Assembly: GCA_021827985.1 (NCBI GenBank)
Contig: JAKATL010000007.1
Coordinates: forward strand, 13,764-77,763
Reading direction: 5' to 3'
Length of the DNA: 64,000 bases
Origin: a bacterium
GTDB lineage: Bacteria; Chloroflexota; Dormibacteria; Aeolococcales; Bog-877
Of the stretch, positions 29,378-39,136 are shown piece after piece (position 1 is the stretch's first letter; every line of letters starts with the position of its first letter). The notes beneath the pieces are model-generated. The model was not told the DNA's origin. It made no database searches and saw only the letters and a list, made by a program, of their open reading frames with translations. A program made the translations under genes and the position numbers.

Positions 29378-29964
29378 AGGATCCCCTTGGTGCTGGGGGC
29401 GCGGCCCAGGACCGTGGGATCCCGGCGCACGGCCTCCCGGAGGGCGCGCGCGGTCGCCTTGAAGGCCGCTTCGGCGACGTGGTGGTCGTCGGCGCCGGCT
29501 GCGGTCAGGTGCAGAGTGATCTGGGCGGTGCGCGCCAGCACCTCGAAGAAGTGAGCCAGGAGGGAGGCCGGTATGCCCCCTGCCCCGGGCCCGCTGAGGG
29601 CGATCTTGACCACCCCCAGTCCCCGCCCCGAGCAGTCGACGGCCGCAGCCGCCTGGCTCTCGTCCATCGGCACGACGGCGTGGCCGAAGCGCTCGATTCC
29701 CAGCCGCTCCCCCAGGGCGGCGGCGAACGCCGCTCCCAGCACGGCGGCCACATCCTCCACGGTGTGGTGGCTGTCCACCTGCAGATCGCCTGAGGCGCGC
29801 ACCAGGAGGTCGAAGTGGGCGTGGCGGGCCAGGCTCTCCAGCATGTGGTCGAAGAACCCGATCCCGGTGGCCACCGAGGCGTCCCCGCTGCCATCCAGGG
29901 ACAGGGTCACCGACACCTCGGTCTCCCGGGTCCGCCGCTCCTCGTGAGCTCGCCGCTCATCCAT
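29374..29964 (-). CDS. hisB: imidazoleglycerol-phosphate dehydratase
   Basis: RRTRETEVSVTLSLDGSG...TGIGFFDHMLESLARHAHFDL...DSHHTVEDVAAVLG...HAVVPMDESQAAAAVDCSGR...HHVAEAAFKATARAL carries the HisB metal-binding His/Glu motifs. Confidence 0.9.
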   Translation of the reverse strand: MDERRAHEERRTRETEVSVTLSLDGSGDASVATGIGFFDHMLESLARHAHFDLLVRASGDLQVDSHHTVEDVAAVLGAAFAAALGERLGIERFGHAVVPMDESQAAAAVDCSGRGLGVVKIALSGPGAGGIPASLLAHFFEVLARTAQITLHLTAAGADDHHVAEAAFKATARALREAVRRDPTVLGRAPSTKGIL

Positions 29965-32257
29965 CGCGGCTAGCCCTCCAGCTGGCCAGCCCCTCGAGCA
30001 GCCGCGCGTTCTCCGGCTCGGACCGGATTGTGACCCTCATCCAGCCGCCGAGCGCGTGGGCGGGACCGAAGGCTCGCACCACCAGCCCCCGGGCGGCCAG
30101 GAAGTCGGGGAGCCCGGCGGGGCAGGTGACCAGGAGGAAATTGGCCGCGGACATGCGCACCTGGAACCCCAGCTCCTGAATCTGTCGTTCCAGTGCCCTT
30201 CCCCACCGGCGGAGCTGCAGCACCCTGGCCCGCATCTCCCCCGCCGCCTCCAGGGAGTGCGTGGCGAGCGCGGCCGAGCAGGAGCTCACCCCGGCCGGGG
30301 GCCGGACCCGGGCGAGGGTGGCGGCCAGTTCGGGCCCGGACAGGGCGTAGCCAACCCGCGCCCCGGCCAGCCCGAAGGCCTTGCTCAGAGTGCGGACCAC
30401 GACCAGGTTCGGCAGCTGAAGCACCAGGCCGGCGCTGGTCGCGCCGCTGAACTCGTAGTAGGCCTCGTCGGCCACCACCACGCCGGGGCTGGCCAGGGCG
30501 AGCTCTTCGACGAGGCCAGGGGGGAGCAGGCCGCCAGTCGGGTTGTTGGGGTTGCAGACCCAGGTGAGGCGGGCATGGCGCCCCGCCTCCAGCAGGCGAT
30601 CCGGGCTGTCGGCGGGGACGGTGATGACCTGGCCCCCAGCTGCCTCGGTCAGGACGCGGAACATCGCGTAGCTGGGGTCGGGGATGACGACCGGGTCGAG
30701 GGGCGCGACGTAGGCCGTCGCCACCAGGGAGAGCAACTCGTCGGCCCCGGCGCCGACCGTGATCGCGGAGGAGGGAAGGCCGGTGTAGTCGGCTACGGCC
30801 GAGACCAGGGCGGGGTAGGCGGAATCCGGGTACTCGTGCAGCACCTGAGGCGGCAGGTCCCCCAGGGTGGCGCCCGCCCAAGGGCAGGTGTTGGTGTCGA
30901 AACGCACCACCTCCTCCTCCCTCAGCCCGGCACGGGCCGCTATCTCGGCGCTGGAGGCCTCCCACTCGTAGGGGTGCATGGCGCCGACGCTGCGCCGGGG
31001 GGACGGGGCCGCCCGCTCCGGAGCCGGGGCCGACCCCATCCGCAGCAGGGCCGAGCGCAGGTGGTGGGAGAAGCCCTCGGCGCGGGCCAGCGGCTCGATC
31101 ACCGCCTTCAGGGACGCCAGGCCAGCGGGGGTGATCTCCTGGACCTGCAGGGTGCGCCCGAAGTCGTCCAGGCCCAGAGGGCTGAAGCTGCGCACCGCTC
31201 CCCCCGTCGGGATCACGTGGTTGGCCCCGGTGGCGTAGTCCCCGGCTGCCGCCGGGGAGTGGGAGCCGAGGAACACCGATCCGGCACTCTGGACTCGGGG
31301 CAACCAGCGGCGGGGGTCGCGGCAGGCGAGGATGAGGTGCTCTGGGCCGAAACGGTTGGAGAAGCCCAGCGCCTGCTCGAGCGACTCGGCTCGGTACACC
31401 CTGACCTGAGCCGCCAGCCTCGGGTCCAACAGGCCCCTGACGGCGGCGGCGTGCTCGGGGTCGGTGGAGATGAGAACTCCCAGCGCGTCCGGCGCGTGCT
31501 CCGCCTGGGCTTCCAGGTCGGCGGCCAGCCAGGCCGCGGGAGTGGAGCCGTCACTCACCACCACCACCTCCGAGGGGCCGGCGGGCATGTCCACCGCGAC
31601 CCGGCCGAACACCAGGCGTTTGGCGGCGGTGACGTGGGCATTCCCGGGGCCGAACACCTTGTCCACCGCCGCCAGCGTCTCCGTGCCGAAGGCCATCGCC
31701 GCGATCGCCTGGGCCCCGCCGATGGCGTGGACCTCGGTGGCGCCGGCCAGGCCCGCGGCCGCCAGGATGTGGGGGTGGATCCGCCCGTCCCGGCCCGGCG
31801 GCGCACACAGGACGACCTCCTCGCACCCCGCCAGTCGCGCGGGCGCGCACAGCATGACGACTGAGGAGGGGTAGGGGGCGCGCCCCCCGGGCACGTAGAT
31901 CCCCACCCGACGCAGGGGGCGCCACTCCCGCCACAGCTTCACCCCCGGCCGGACGGACACCTCCTCCTCGGCGAACCGCTGGGCGCATGCCACCCTACTC
32001 AGGTTGGTGGCCGCCGCCTGCAGCGCCTTCACCAGCTCCGCTGGTGCCGCCTGCAGCGCGGCGCTGATCTCCGCCGGCTCGACCCGGCTCTGAGCCACCC
32101 GCACCCCGTCAAACCGCAGGGTGAGTTCTTGGATGGCCCGGTCGCCGCCCCTGCGGACCTGTTCCAGGACGGCGGCGGCCTCCCGTTCCACCTCGGCGGG
32201 GCAACGACTCAGGGGGAGGCGGGAGGGCACGCCGGCCCCCGGGATCTCCTGAATCAA
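29957..32257 (-). CDS. hisD-hisC: in-frame fusion: histidinol dehydrogenase (N-terminal ~440 aa) + histidinol-phosphate aminotransferase (C-terminal ~330 aa)
   Basis: The HisD part carries the NAD- and Zn-binding motifs IYVPGGRAPYPSSVVM, AIGGAQAIAAMAFGTE, FGPGNAHVTAAK, SEVVVVSDG and AEHLIL...GDYATGANHVIPTGG. A ~25-aa linker (MGSAPAPERAAPSPRRSVGAM) follows with no stop codon. The HisC part shows VRFDTNTCPW, the CNPNNPTGG aminotransferase class I/II motif and the PLP lysine context RTLSKAFGLAGARVGYAL. Confidence 0.85.
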   Translation of the reverse strand: MIQEIPGAGVPSRLPLSRCPAEVEREAAAVLEQVRRGGDRAIQELTLRFDGVRVAQSRVEPAEISAALQAAPAELVKALQAAATNLSRVACAQRFAEEEVSVRPGVKLWREWRPLRRVGIYVPGGRAPYPSSVVMLCAPARLAGCEEVVLCAPPGRDGRIHPHILAAAGLAGATEVHAIGGAQAIAAMAFGTETLAAVDKVFGPGNAHVTAAKRLVFGRVAVDMPAGPSEVVVVSDGSTPAAWLAADLEAQAEHAPDALGVLISTDPEHAAAVRGLLDPRLAAQVRVYRAESLEQALGFSNRFGPEHLILACRDPRRWLPRVQSAGSVFLGSHSPAAAGDYATGANHVIPTGGAVRSFSPLGLDDFGRTLQVQEITPAGLASLKAVIEPLARAEGFSHHLRSALLRMGSAPAPERAAPSPRRSVGAMHPYEWEASSAEIAARAGLREEEVVRFDTNTCPWAGATLGDLPPQVLHEYPDSAYPALVSAVADYTGLPSSAITVGAGADELLSLVATAYVAPLDPVVIPDPSYAMFRVLTEAAGGQVITVPADSPDRLLEAGRHARLTWVCNPNNPTGGLLPPGLVEELALASPGVVVADEAYYEFSGATSAGLVLQLPNLVVVRTLSKAFGLAGARVGYALSGPELAATLARVRPPAGVSSCSAALATHSLEAAGEMRARVLQLRRWGRALERQIQELGFQVRMSAANFLLVTCPAGLPDFLAARGLVVRAFGPAHALGGWMRVTIRSEPENARLLEGLASWRASRDG

Positions 32258-33141
32258 GGGATCAGCTTCTCGATCGGGAGCACCAGGATCGACGACGCCC
32301 CGGCCGCCTGCAGCGGACCCAGCTGCTGCCAGACGGTGTCGGCGTCCACCACCGTGTGGATCGCCACCATGCCGGGGTCGGTCAGGTGGATCACCGAGGG
32401 AGATCTCATCCCCGGCACCACCTTTTTGATCCTGTCCACCGCCTCGGCGGGGGCATTCATCATGAGGTACTTGCGGTGCCGCGCCCTGATGACGCTGGTG
32501 AGCATGAGCGCCACCTGCCCGGCGAGGTGATGGCGCGCCGGTCTCAGTTCGCGGGTGCGGACCAGTTCGGCCTGGGAGTCCAGGATGGCGTCCAGGGCCA
32601 CGAGCCCGTTGGTGGCCAGGGTGCTGCCGCTCGCCACCAGGTCGACGACGGCGTCGGCGACGCCCAGCAACGGGGTGACCTCCACCGCCCCTGTGATCTC
32701 AATCAGCCGCACCTCGACCCCCCTTTCCAGGAAGAACCGGGAGCTCACCTTGGGGTGGGAGGTGGCCACCACCCGGCCTCTGAGGTCCTCCGCCCCGGTG
32801 ATCCCACTGTCGCGCGGGGCTGCCAGTTGCAGCCGGCAGCGACCGAAGCCGAGGGGCTCGATCCGGGTCACGTCGACGCCGGCCTCTAGGAGCAGGTTGG
32901 AGCCGGTTATGCCCAGGTCGACCACCCCGTCCTGGACGTACTCGCCGATGTCGTCGGCCCGCAAGAACAGCAGGTCGAGGGGAAAGTTCTCGCAGGGAAC
33001 GAAGAGGCGGCGTTCGTCCTCCTCGAAGGTGAAGCCGGCCTCCCGGAGCAGGGAAACCGCGGGCTGGCAGAGCCGACCTTTGTTGGGCACCGCCAGCCGC
33101 AGCCGGTCGTCGGGGGCGGCGGCTGAAGTCAACGCCGCCAC
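32254..33141 (-). CDS. hisG: ATP phosphoribosyltransferase, long form with C-terminal regulatory domain
   Basis: LRLAVPNKGRL...DLLFLRADDIGEYVQDGVVDLGITGSNLLLE...LVASGSTLATNGL followed by the HisG C-terminal ACT-like domain. Confidence 0.9.
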   Translation of the reverse strand: MAALTSAAAPDDRLRLAVPNKGRLCQPAVSLLREAGFTFEEDERRLFVPCENFPLDLLFLRADDIGEYVQDGVVDLGITGSNLLLEAGVDVTRIEPLGFGRCRLQLAAPRDSGITGAEDLRGRVVATSHPKVSSRFFLERGVEVRLIEITGAVEVTPLLGVADAVVDLVASGSTLATNGLVALDAILDSQAELVRTRELRPARHHLAGQVALMLTSVIRARHRKYLMMNAPAEAVDRIKKVVPGMRSPSVIHLTDPGMVAIHTVVDADTVWQQLGPLQAAGASSILVLPIEKLIP

Positions 33142-33443
33142 CGGTCGAGCATCTTGCGGTAGCCACCCCGGCCGAAGCGCAGCCAGGTGTTGACCCGGCT
33201 GATGGTGGCAGGGCTGGCGCCCGTCTGGGCCGCGATCGCCTGATAGTGGAGGCCCTGGTCGAGCATGCGCGCCACCTGCCAGCGGGTGCTCAGGGCCTGC
33301 AGCTCCTGGGCCGTGCAGAGATCGCGCAGGAAGTCGGCCGTCTCCTCGGCCGAGGCGAGCTGCGCGATCGCCTCGAAGAGCTCGCGGGTGGCGGGGTTGG
33401 TGAGTTCGGGAGGAGGGGGGGCGAAGCTGGCTTGCTTCATCAT
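33129..33443 (-). CDS. TrpR-like YerC/YecD-family DNA-binding protein, first gene of the minus-strand his operon
   Basis: ELFEAIAQLASAEETADFLRDLCTAQELQALSTRWQVARMLDQGLHYQAIAAQTGASPATISRVNTWLRFGRGGYRKMLD matches the YerC/YecD family nearly residue-for-residue in the conserved core (ELQALxxRWQVAxMLxxGLxYxxIAxxTGASxATISRVN...GxGGY). It overlaps the hisG start by 13 nt. Confidence 0.8.
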   Translation of the reverse strand: MMKQASFAPPPPELTNPATRELFEAIAQLASAEETADFLRDLCTAQELQALSTRWQVARMLDQGLHYQAIAAQTGASPATISRVNTWLRFGRGGYRKMLDRWRR

Positions 33444-33460
33444 GCTAGCATGATATCATG
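33439..33460. promoter_or_regulatory. perfect 16-bp palindrome ATCATGCTAGCATGAT plus a third ATCATG half-site, overlapping the yerC-like start codon in the divergent his promoter region
   Basis: Seen directly as ATCATGCTAGCATGATATCATG within the only strongly AT-rich stretch for kilobases (followed by TTATTTGAGAGG). It lies between the divergent yerC-like/hisG... operon and hisA. Confidence 0.5.
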
Positions 33461-33471
33461 TTATTTGAGAG

Positions 33472-34191
33472 GTGCGCGGATTGCTGGTGATCCCGGCCGT
33501 CGACGTCCTCGACGGTGCGGCGGTGCGCCTGGTGCAGGGCAGGTATGACCGGGTGCTTCGAGCTGAGCTCGGCCCTCTGCAGATGGCGCGGCGGTTCGCC
33601 GACCAGGGCGCCCGCTGGCTCCACGTGATCGACCTGGATGGGGCGCGCGCCGGCCGGTGGCACAACCTGGAGCTGATCGGGCGCATCGCTGCCGAGGTGG
33701 GCGCTCGGGTGCAGGCCGGTGGCGGAGCCAGGAGCCGGGAGGGCATCCGCGCCGCCCTGGAGGCCGGAGTCAGCCGTGTCATCATCTCGACCGCGGCCCT
33801 GGGCGATCCCCACGAGTTCAGTGCCCTGGCAGCGGAGTTCGGCCAGAGCCTGGTGGTAGGGCTCGATGCCCGCGGCGGACACCTCCTGGCGCGGGGGTGG
33901 GAGGTCGACACCCACCTGGAGCTGGGATCGGCCGCCAGATCGCTGGTCGACCTCGGGGCGCGTCGGCTGCTCTACACCGACACCCAGCGTGACGGGATGC
34001 TCTCCGGGGTTGACGCGGAGGTGGTGCCGGAACTGGTGCGACTGGGAGTCCCGGTGATGGTGGCGGGCGGCGTCCGGGACCCCGCGGACCTGGTCCGCTT
34101 GCGGGAGGCGGGGGCGGAGGCCGCCATCGTGGGACGCGCCCTGCTGGAAGGCACCCTGGACCTGGCTGAGGCGCTGGCCCTATATGCGTGA
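33472..34191 (+). CDS. hisA: 1-(5-phosphoribosyl)-5-[(5-phosphoribosylamino)methylideneamino]imidazole-4-carboxamide isomerase (HisA; possibly PriA-type)
   Basis: LLVIPAVDVLDGAAVRLVQGRYD...LHVIDLDGARAG...RVQAGGGARS...VIISTAAL...LVVGLDARGG...GW...RRLLYTDTQRDGMLSGVD...PVMVAGGVRD. GTG/TTG start region. Divergent from the yerC-hisG operon. Confidence 0.9.
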   Translation: MRGLLVIPAVDVLDGAAVRLVQGRYDRVLRAELGPLQMARRFADQGARWLHVIDLDGARAGRWHNLELIGRIAAEVGARVQAGGGARSREGIRAALEAGVSRVIISTAALGDPHEFSALAAEFGQSLVVGLDARGGHLLARGWEVDTHLELGSAARSLVDLGARRLLYTDTQRDGMLSGVDAEVVPELVRLGVPVMVAGGVRDPADLVRLREAGAEAAIVGRALLEGTLDLAEALALYA

Positions 34192-34263
34192 GTCGTTGCG
34201 GAGCGGGGCTGGGAGCCCGTCTGCCATGGAGCTGGCCGCCCCCCTTGCCTGGAACTGCCGCCG

Positions 34264-35103
34264 GTGAGCCCTGGTGCGGGCGGCGTCGATCTTCACGTCC
34301 ACAGTGAGTGGTCGTGGGATGCCCCCGGGGGGTCGATGCGGGAGACCTGCGTTCGTGCCCAGAGTCTGGGCCTGCAGGTGGTCGCCTTCACCGACCACGC
34401 CGACCACACCGCCATCGCCGGTGGCCGCCACCTCGACCTCGCTGGCTACCGCGAAAGCCTCGCTCGGTGCCGCCGGGCGTTTCCCCGGCTGGCCATCTGG
34501 AGCGGCGCGGAGCTGGGGGAGCCGCACCGCTTCCCGGTGGAGACGGCGGAGCTGCTGGCTCAGGGGGACTTCGACCTGGTTCTGGGATCCGTGCACGCCA
34601 TCGAGGTCGGGGGCCGGCTCGAGGATTGCAGCATGGGGCCGGGCGGACAGGGGAGCGACCCGGTGGCCTGGATGAGGCTCTACTGGGGCGAGACCCTGCG
34701 CCTGCTGGAGTCCGCCGGTTCATTCCAGGTTCTGGCCCATCTGGAGTACCCCAAGCGATACTGGCCATCTGGCGGGCAGCCGTACCGGGCCGCCGACTAC
34801 CGAGAGGAGATCCAGACGGTGCTGGAGCAGGCAGCGCGCTGCGAGCTGATCCTGGAGATCAACAGCAGCGCAGGTTTGGAGCCGGAGCGGGGGCTGTGCC
34901 CTGGACCGGAGGTCGTTCGCTGGTGGCGTGCCGCCGGTGGCCGCGCCGTGTCGGTGGGGAGCGACGCGCACCGGCCCGGTGCCGTCGGAAGGGGCCTGGA
35001 TCGGGCGCTGGAGGCGGCGGCCTGGGCTGGGTTCACCTCCGGCCAGATTCTGGGCGGCACCCTCGCCGCCCGCCCCTTAAGTCTCGACGGCCCTCCGTGG
35101 TGA
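34264..35103 (+). CDS. hisJ: PHP-family histidinol-phosphatase
   Basis: The PHP domain metal-binding motifs are present (VDLHVHSEWSWD, VVAFTDHADH, LVLGSVHAIE, VLAHLEYP, VSVGSDAHRPGAVG). GTG start. It lies between hisA and the class-III aminotransferase. Confidence 0.8.
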   Translation: MSPGAGGVDLHVHSEWSWDAPGGSMRETCVRAQSLGLQVVAFTDHADHTAIAGGRHLDLAGYRESLARCRRAFPRLAIWSGAELGEPHRFPVETAELLAQGDFDLVLGSVHAIEVGGRLEDCSMGPGGQGSDPVAWMRLYWGETLRLLESAGSFQVLAHLEYPKRYWPSGGQPYRAADYREEIQTVLEQAARCELILEINSSAGLEPERGLCPGPEVVRWWRAAGGRAVSVGSDAHRPGAVGRGLDRALEAAAWAGFTSGQILGGTLAARPLSLDGPPW

Positions 35104-36290
35104 GCGAGCTTGAGGCTCGGGCACGCGCCGTCCTGTGCGACAGCTATGCGCGTCTTCCCGTGACGCTGGAGCGGGGAGACGGGGTCTGGGTGTTCACCGA
35201 CTCCGGAGAGCGACTCCTGGACGCGGTCGGGGGCATCGCGGTCAACGTGCTGGGGCACGGAAATACACGGCTGGTGGAGGCGGTGGCGGCGCAAGCCCGG
35301 GCGATGATCCACGCCAGCAACCTGTACTACACCCGGCCCCAGGTGGAGCTGGCAGAGCGGTTGGTGGCCACCGCCTTTCCCTCCCGGGTCTTCTTCAGCA
35401 ACAGCGGAGCGGAGGCAAACGAGGCGGCCATCAAGATAGCCCGCAAGTGGGGGCACCTCCGGAAGGACGGGGCCACCGAGATCGTCACTCTCAGCGGGGC
35501 ATTCCACGGCCGCACCCTCGGTGCCCTGGCGGCGACCGGGTCGGCGCGCTACAGCCAGTTCTTCCAGCCTCTGCCCGGGGGGTTCCAGCAGGTGCCACGA
35601 GGAGATCTCGCCGCCCTGGAGGCGGCGCTCGGGGACACCACGGCGGCGGTGATGCTGGAGCCGGTGCAGGGGGAGAGCGGAGTCTTTGCCCTCCCGCTCG
35701 ATCACCTTCGGGCCATCCGCGACCTCTGCGACCGGCACCACTGCCTCCTGGTGGTGGACGAGATCCAGTCAGGTATGGGTCGGACCGGAAGGATGTGGGC
35801 CCACCAGTGGGCGGGGGTGACACCCGACATCATGACGGTGGCCAAGGGGCTGGCCGGGGGGCTGCCGATCGGGGCCACTCTGGTGGGCGCCCGGGCGGAT
35901 GTTCTCGAGCCCGGTGATCACGGCAGCACCTTCGGTGGCAACCCGCTGGCATGCGCGGCAGGGATTGCCGTCCTCGACACGATCTCGGAGCAGAACCTGG
36001 TGGCCAACGCAGCCACGGTGGGGGACCGGCTGCGGGCCGGGATCGCCGCCCTGGAGGACGCTGGGCGTCCCATCCTCGAGGTCCGGGGTCTGGGCCTCAT
36101 GCTCGGGGTGGGGCTGCGCCGGCCCATCGCCCGGGCGGTGGCGACCGCGGCTCTCCAGGGTGGCCTCCTTCTCAACCCGATCGGGCAGCGGACCCTCCGG
36201 CTCCTGCCGGCGCTCACCCTCGGCGCAGCCGAGGCCGACCTTGTGGTCGAGCGGTTGGACCGGGCGCTTCTGGCGGTGGCGGCTCGATGA
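35100..36290 (+). CDS. class-III (acetylornithine/LysW-gamma-aminoadipate semialdehyde) aminotransferase, ArgD/LysJ-like
   Basis: PLP-dependent class-III signatures are present (NSGAEANEAAIKIARKW, LLVVDEIQSGMGRTGRMWAHQW, the lysine in DIMTVAKGLAGGLPIGA, GSTFGGNPLACAA). The GTG start overlaps the hisJ stop (GTGA). The real start is 264 codons inside the listed ORF 34308..36290. Confidence 0.85.
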   Translation: MSELEARARAVLCDSYARLPVTLERGDGVWVFTDSGERLLDAVGGIAVNVLGHGNTRLVEAVAAQARAMIHASNLYYTRPQVELAERLVATAFPSRVFFSNSGAEANEAAIKIARKWGHLRKDGATEIVTLSGAFHGRTLGALAATGSARYSQFFQPLPGGFQQVPRGDLAALEAALGDTTAAVMLEPVQGESGVFALPLDHLRAIRDLCDRHHCLLVVDEIQSGMGRTGRMWAHQWAGVTPDIMTVAKGLAGGLPIGATLVGARADVLEPGDHGSTFGGNPLACAAGIAVLDTISEQNLVANAATVGDRLRAGIAALEDAGRPILEVRGLGLMLGVGLRRPIARAVATAALQGGLLLNPIGQRTLRLLPALTLGAAEADLVVERLDRALLAVAAR

Positions 36291-36379
36291 GAGGCGGGCC
36301 GCACTGCCGCGGCCGCCAGGTGGCCGCCCCGCCTCCAGGGCCGGTGGCAGGCGTCCGAAGAAGCCCTTGCCTGGCGCTC

Positions 36380-36700
36380 ACCAGCCTGATAGACTCTCGT
36401 CCCACAACTGAATACCAAAGGCATTGACGAGGACGAGTAGGAAGGTCCAGCCCCCTCAAGAGAGCGGCCGGTAGCTGGAAAAGCCGCAGCGGGGCCCCTG
36501 CCGAAAAAGACCTCCGAGCCGCGGGAAGAAACCGGCACCCAGCCGGGAGTAGAACCCGCCGGCGGCCCCGCCGTTACCGGGGCAGGGTGTGATGGCACCC
36601 GGTGAGGCTGGTGCTGCGAGGCACTGGCGAAGAGAGGTGGTACCGCGTGGTCGGAGCCCCAGGGCTTGGCCCCGCCCTCTCGGACGGCCGCTAGAAGGCT
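36380..36700 (+). ncRNA. T-box riboswitch-like leader upstream of the homocitrate synthase/lysine cluster
   Basis: The sequence GAAGAGAGGTGGTACCGCGTGG (36629-36650) contains the invariant T-box core GGTGGTACCGCG with the UGGU bulge. An F-box CCGTTA sits at 36571-36576. Upstream is a stem (CTCGTCC...GGACGAG) with an A-rich loop containing AAAG, and a GC-rich hairpin follows the T-box. The ORF-free region is 447 nt. Confidence 0.5.
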
Positions 36701-36737
36701 GTCCGGAGCGGCGTGGCCTGAGGGCCTGGAGGCGGAG

Positions 36738-37898
<1,161 letters not shown>

Positions 37899-37900
37899 CC

Positions 37901-39136
37901 GTGGGCACTCTGATGGAGGAGATCATCGCCGCCCATCTGGGCCGATCCGTGGTGGCGGGGGATACGGTGGTGGTGCCGGTGGACCTTGTGATGAGCCACG
38001 ACACCACCACTCCCCTCGTGGCCGACCAGCTCGCGCGGCTGGGTCGGGGGGTCAAGCACCCCGAGCGCGCGGTGGTGGTCCTGGACCATGTGACCCCAGC
38101 GGCGACGGTGGCGGCCGCCCAGCAGCACCAGCGTTGTAGAGAGTTCGTGGCCGGGCAGCGGATCGGGAGCCTGCTCAGTGACGGCATCTGCCACCAGGTC
38201 CTGCCCGAGCACGGATTGGTGGCTCCCGGTGACATCGTGGTCGGTGCCGACAGCCACACCGTGACGCTCGGTGCCCTGGGAGCGCTGGCAACCGGCATGG
38301 GGTCCACGGATATCGCGGTCGCCTATGCCACCGGCGAGACCTGGCTGCGGGTCCCGGCCACGATCCAGGTCCGGCTGGAGGGCTCGCTGCAGCCGCCTGT
38401 GTCCGCCAAGGACCTGGTCCTCGAGCTGGTGCGCCGCCTCGGCAGCGACGGCGCCCGCTACCAAGCCATCGAGTACACGGGCCCGGGGGCGGCTTCGCTG
38501 CCGATGGGGGACCGCATGACCCTCAGCAACATGGCGGTGGAGATGGGCGCCAAGGCGGGCATCTTCGCCGCCGATGAGGTCACCCTGCGCTGGCTTGACG
38601 GTCGCTCCGACCGGCCGTGCAGGGTTGTGACCGCACGGGACCCCGGGTACTCGCGTTCGGAGGGGATCTCCCTCACCGCCCTGGAGCCGATGGTGGCGCC
38701 ACCCCCTGCGGTGGACAGCGCGCGGCCCGTGCGCGAGCTGGCCGGGCTCGCCGTGGACCAGGTCTTCATCGGGACCTGCACGAATGGCCGCCTGGCCGAC
38801 CTTGCGGTGGCTGCCACCCTGCTGCGGGGTCGCCAGGTGGCGGTGCGGACGGTGGTGGTGCCTGCGTCCCGAGAGGTCTACCTGGAGGCCCTCAGAGCTG
38901 GCTACTTGGAGAGCCTGGTCGCGGCGGGGGTGGCGGTGGAGAGCCCGGGCTGTGGGCCCTGCCTGGGGCGGCACAAGGGGGTGCTCGGCCCCGGGGAACG
39001 GGCGGTCACCACCATGAGCCGGAACTTTCGCGGCCGGATGGGAGACCCCTCCAGTGAGATCTACCTGGTCAGCCCCGCCACAGCCGCCGCCACGGCGTTG
39101 CGGGGGTGCCTGACCGACCCGCGGGAGGTTGTCTGA
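37901..39136 (+). CDS. homoaconitase / 3-isopropylmalate dehydratase large subunit family (aconitase domain)
   Basis: DLVMSHDTT, VVLDHVTPA, GICHQVLPE, VGADSHTVTLGALGALATG, FIGTCTNGRLADL, ESPGCGPCLG and TTMSRNFRGRMG are the Fe-S aconitase-family motifs of the LeuC/HACN type. Confidence 0.85.
   Translation: MGTLMEEIIAAHLGRSVVAGDTVVVPVDLVMSHDTTTPLVADQLARLGRGVKHPERAVVVLDHVTPAATVAAAQQHQRCREFVAGQRIGSLLSDGICHQVLPEHGLVAPGDIVVGADSHTVTLGALGALATGMGSTDIAVAYATGETWLRVPATIQVRLEGSLQPPVSAKDLVLELVRRLGSDGARYQAIEYTGPGAASLPMGDRMTLSNMAVEMGAKAGIFAADEVTLRWLDGRSDRPCRVVTARDPGYSRSEGISLTALEPMVAPPPAVDSARPVRELAGLAVDQVFIGTCTNGRLADLAVAATLLRGRQVAVRTVVVPASREVYLEALRAGYLESLVAAGVAVESPGCGPCLGRHKGVLGPGERAVTTMSRNFRGRMGDPSSEIYLVSPATAAATALRGCLTDPREVV

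Noticed and set aside
30056-31864. 602-aa plus-strand ORF across hisD::hisC
   Set aside because: Antisense to the his fusion gene; no domain features.
34308-35099. 5' 264 codons of listed ORF 34308..36290
   Set aside because: They overlap hisJ in another frame and translate to Pro/Arg/Gly-rich sequence. The class-III aminotransferase homology starts at the GTG at 35100.
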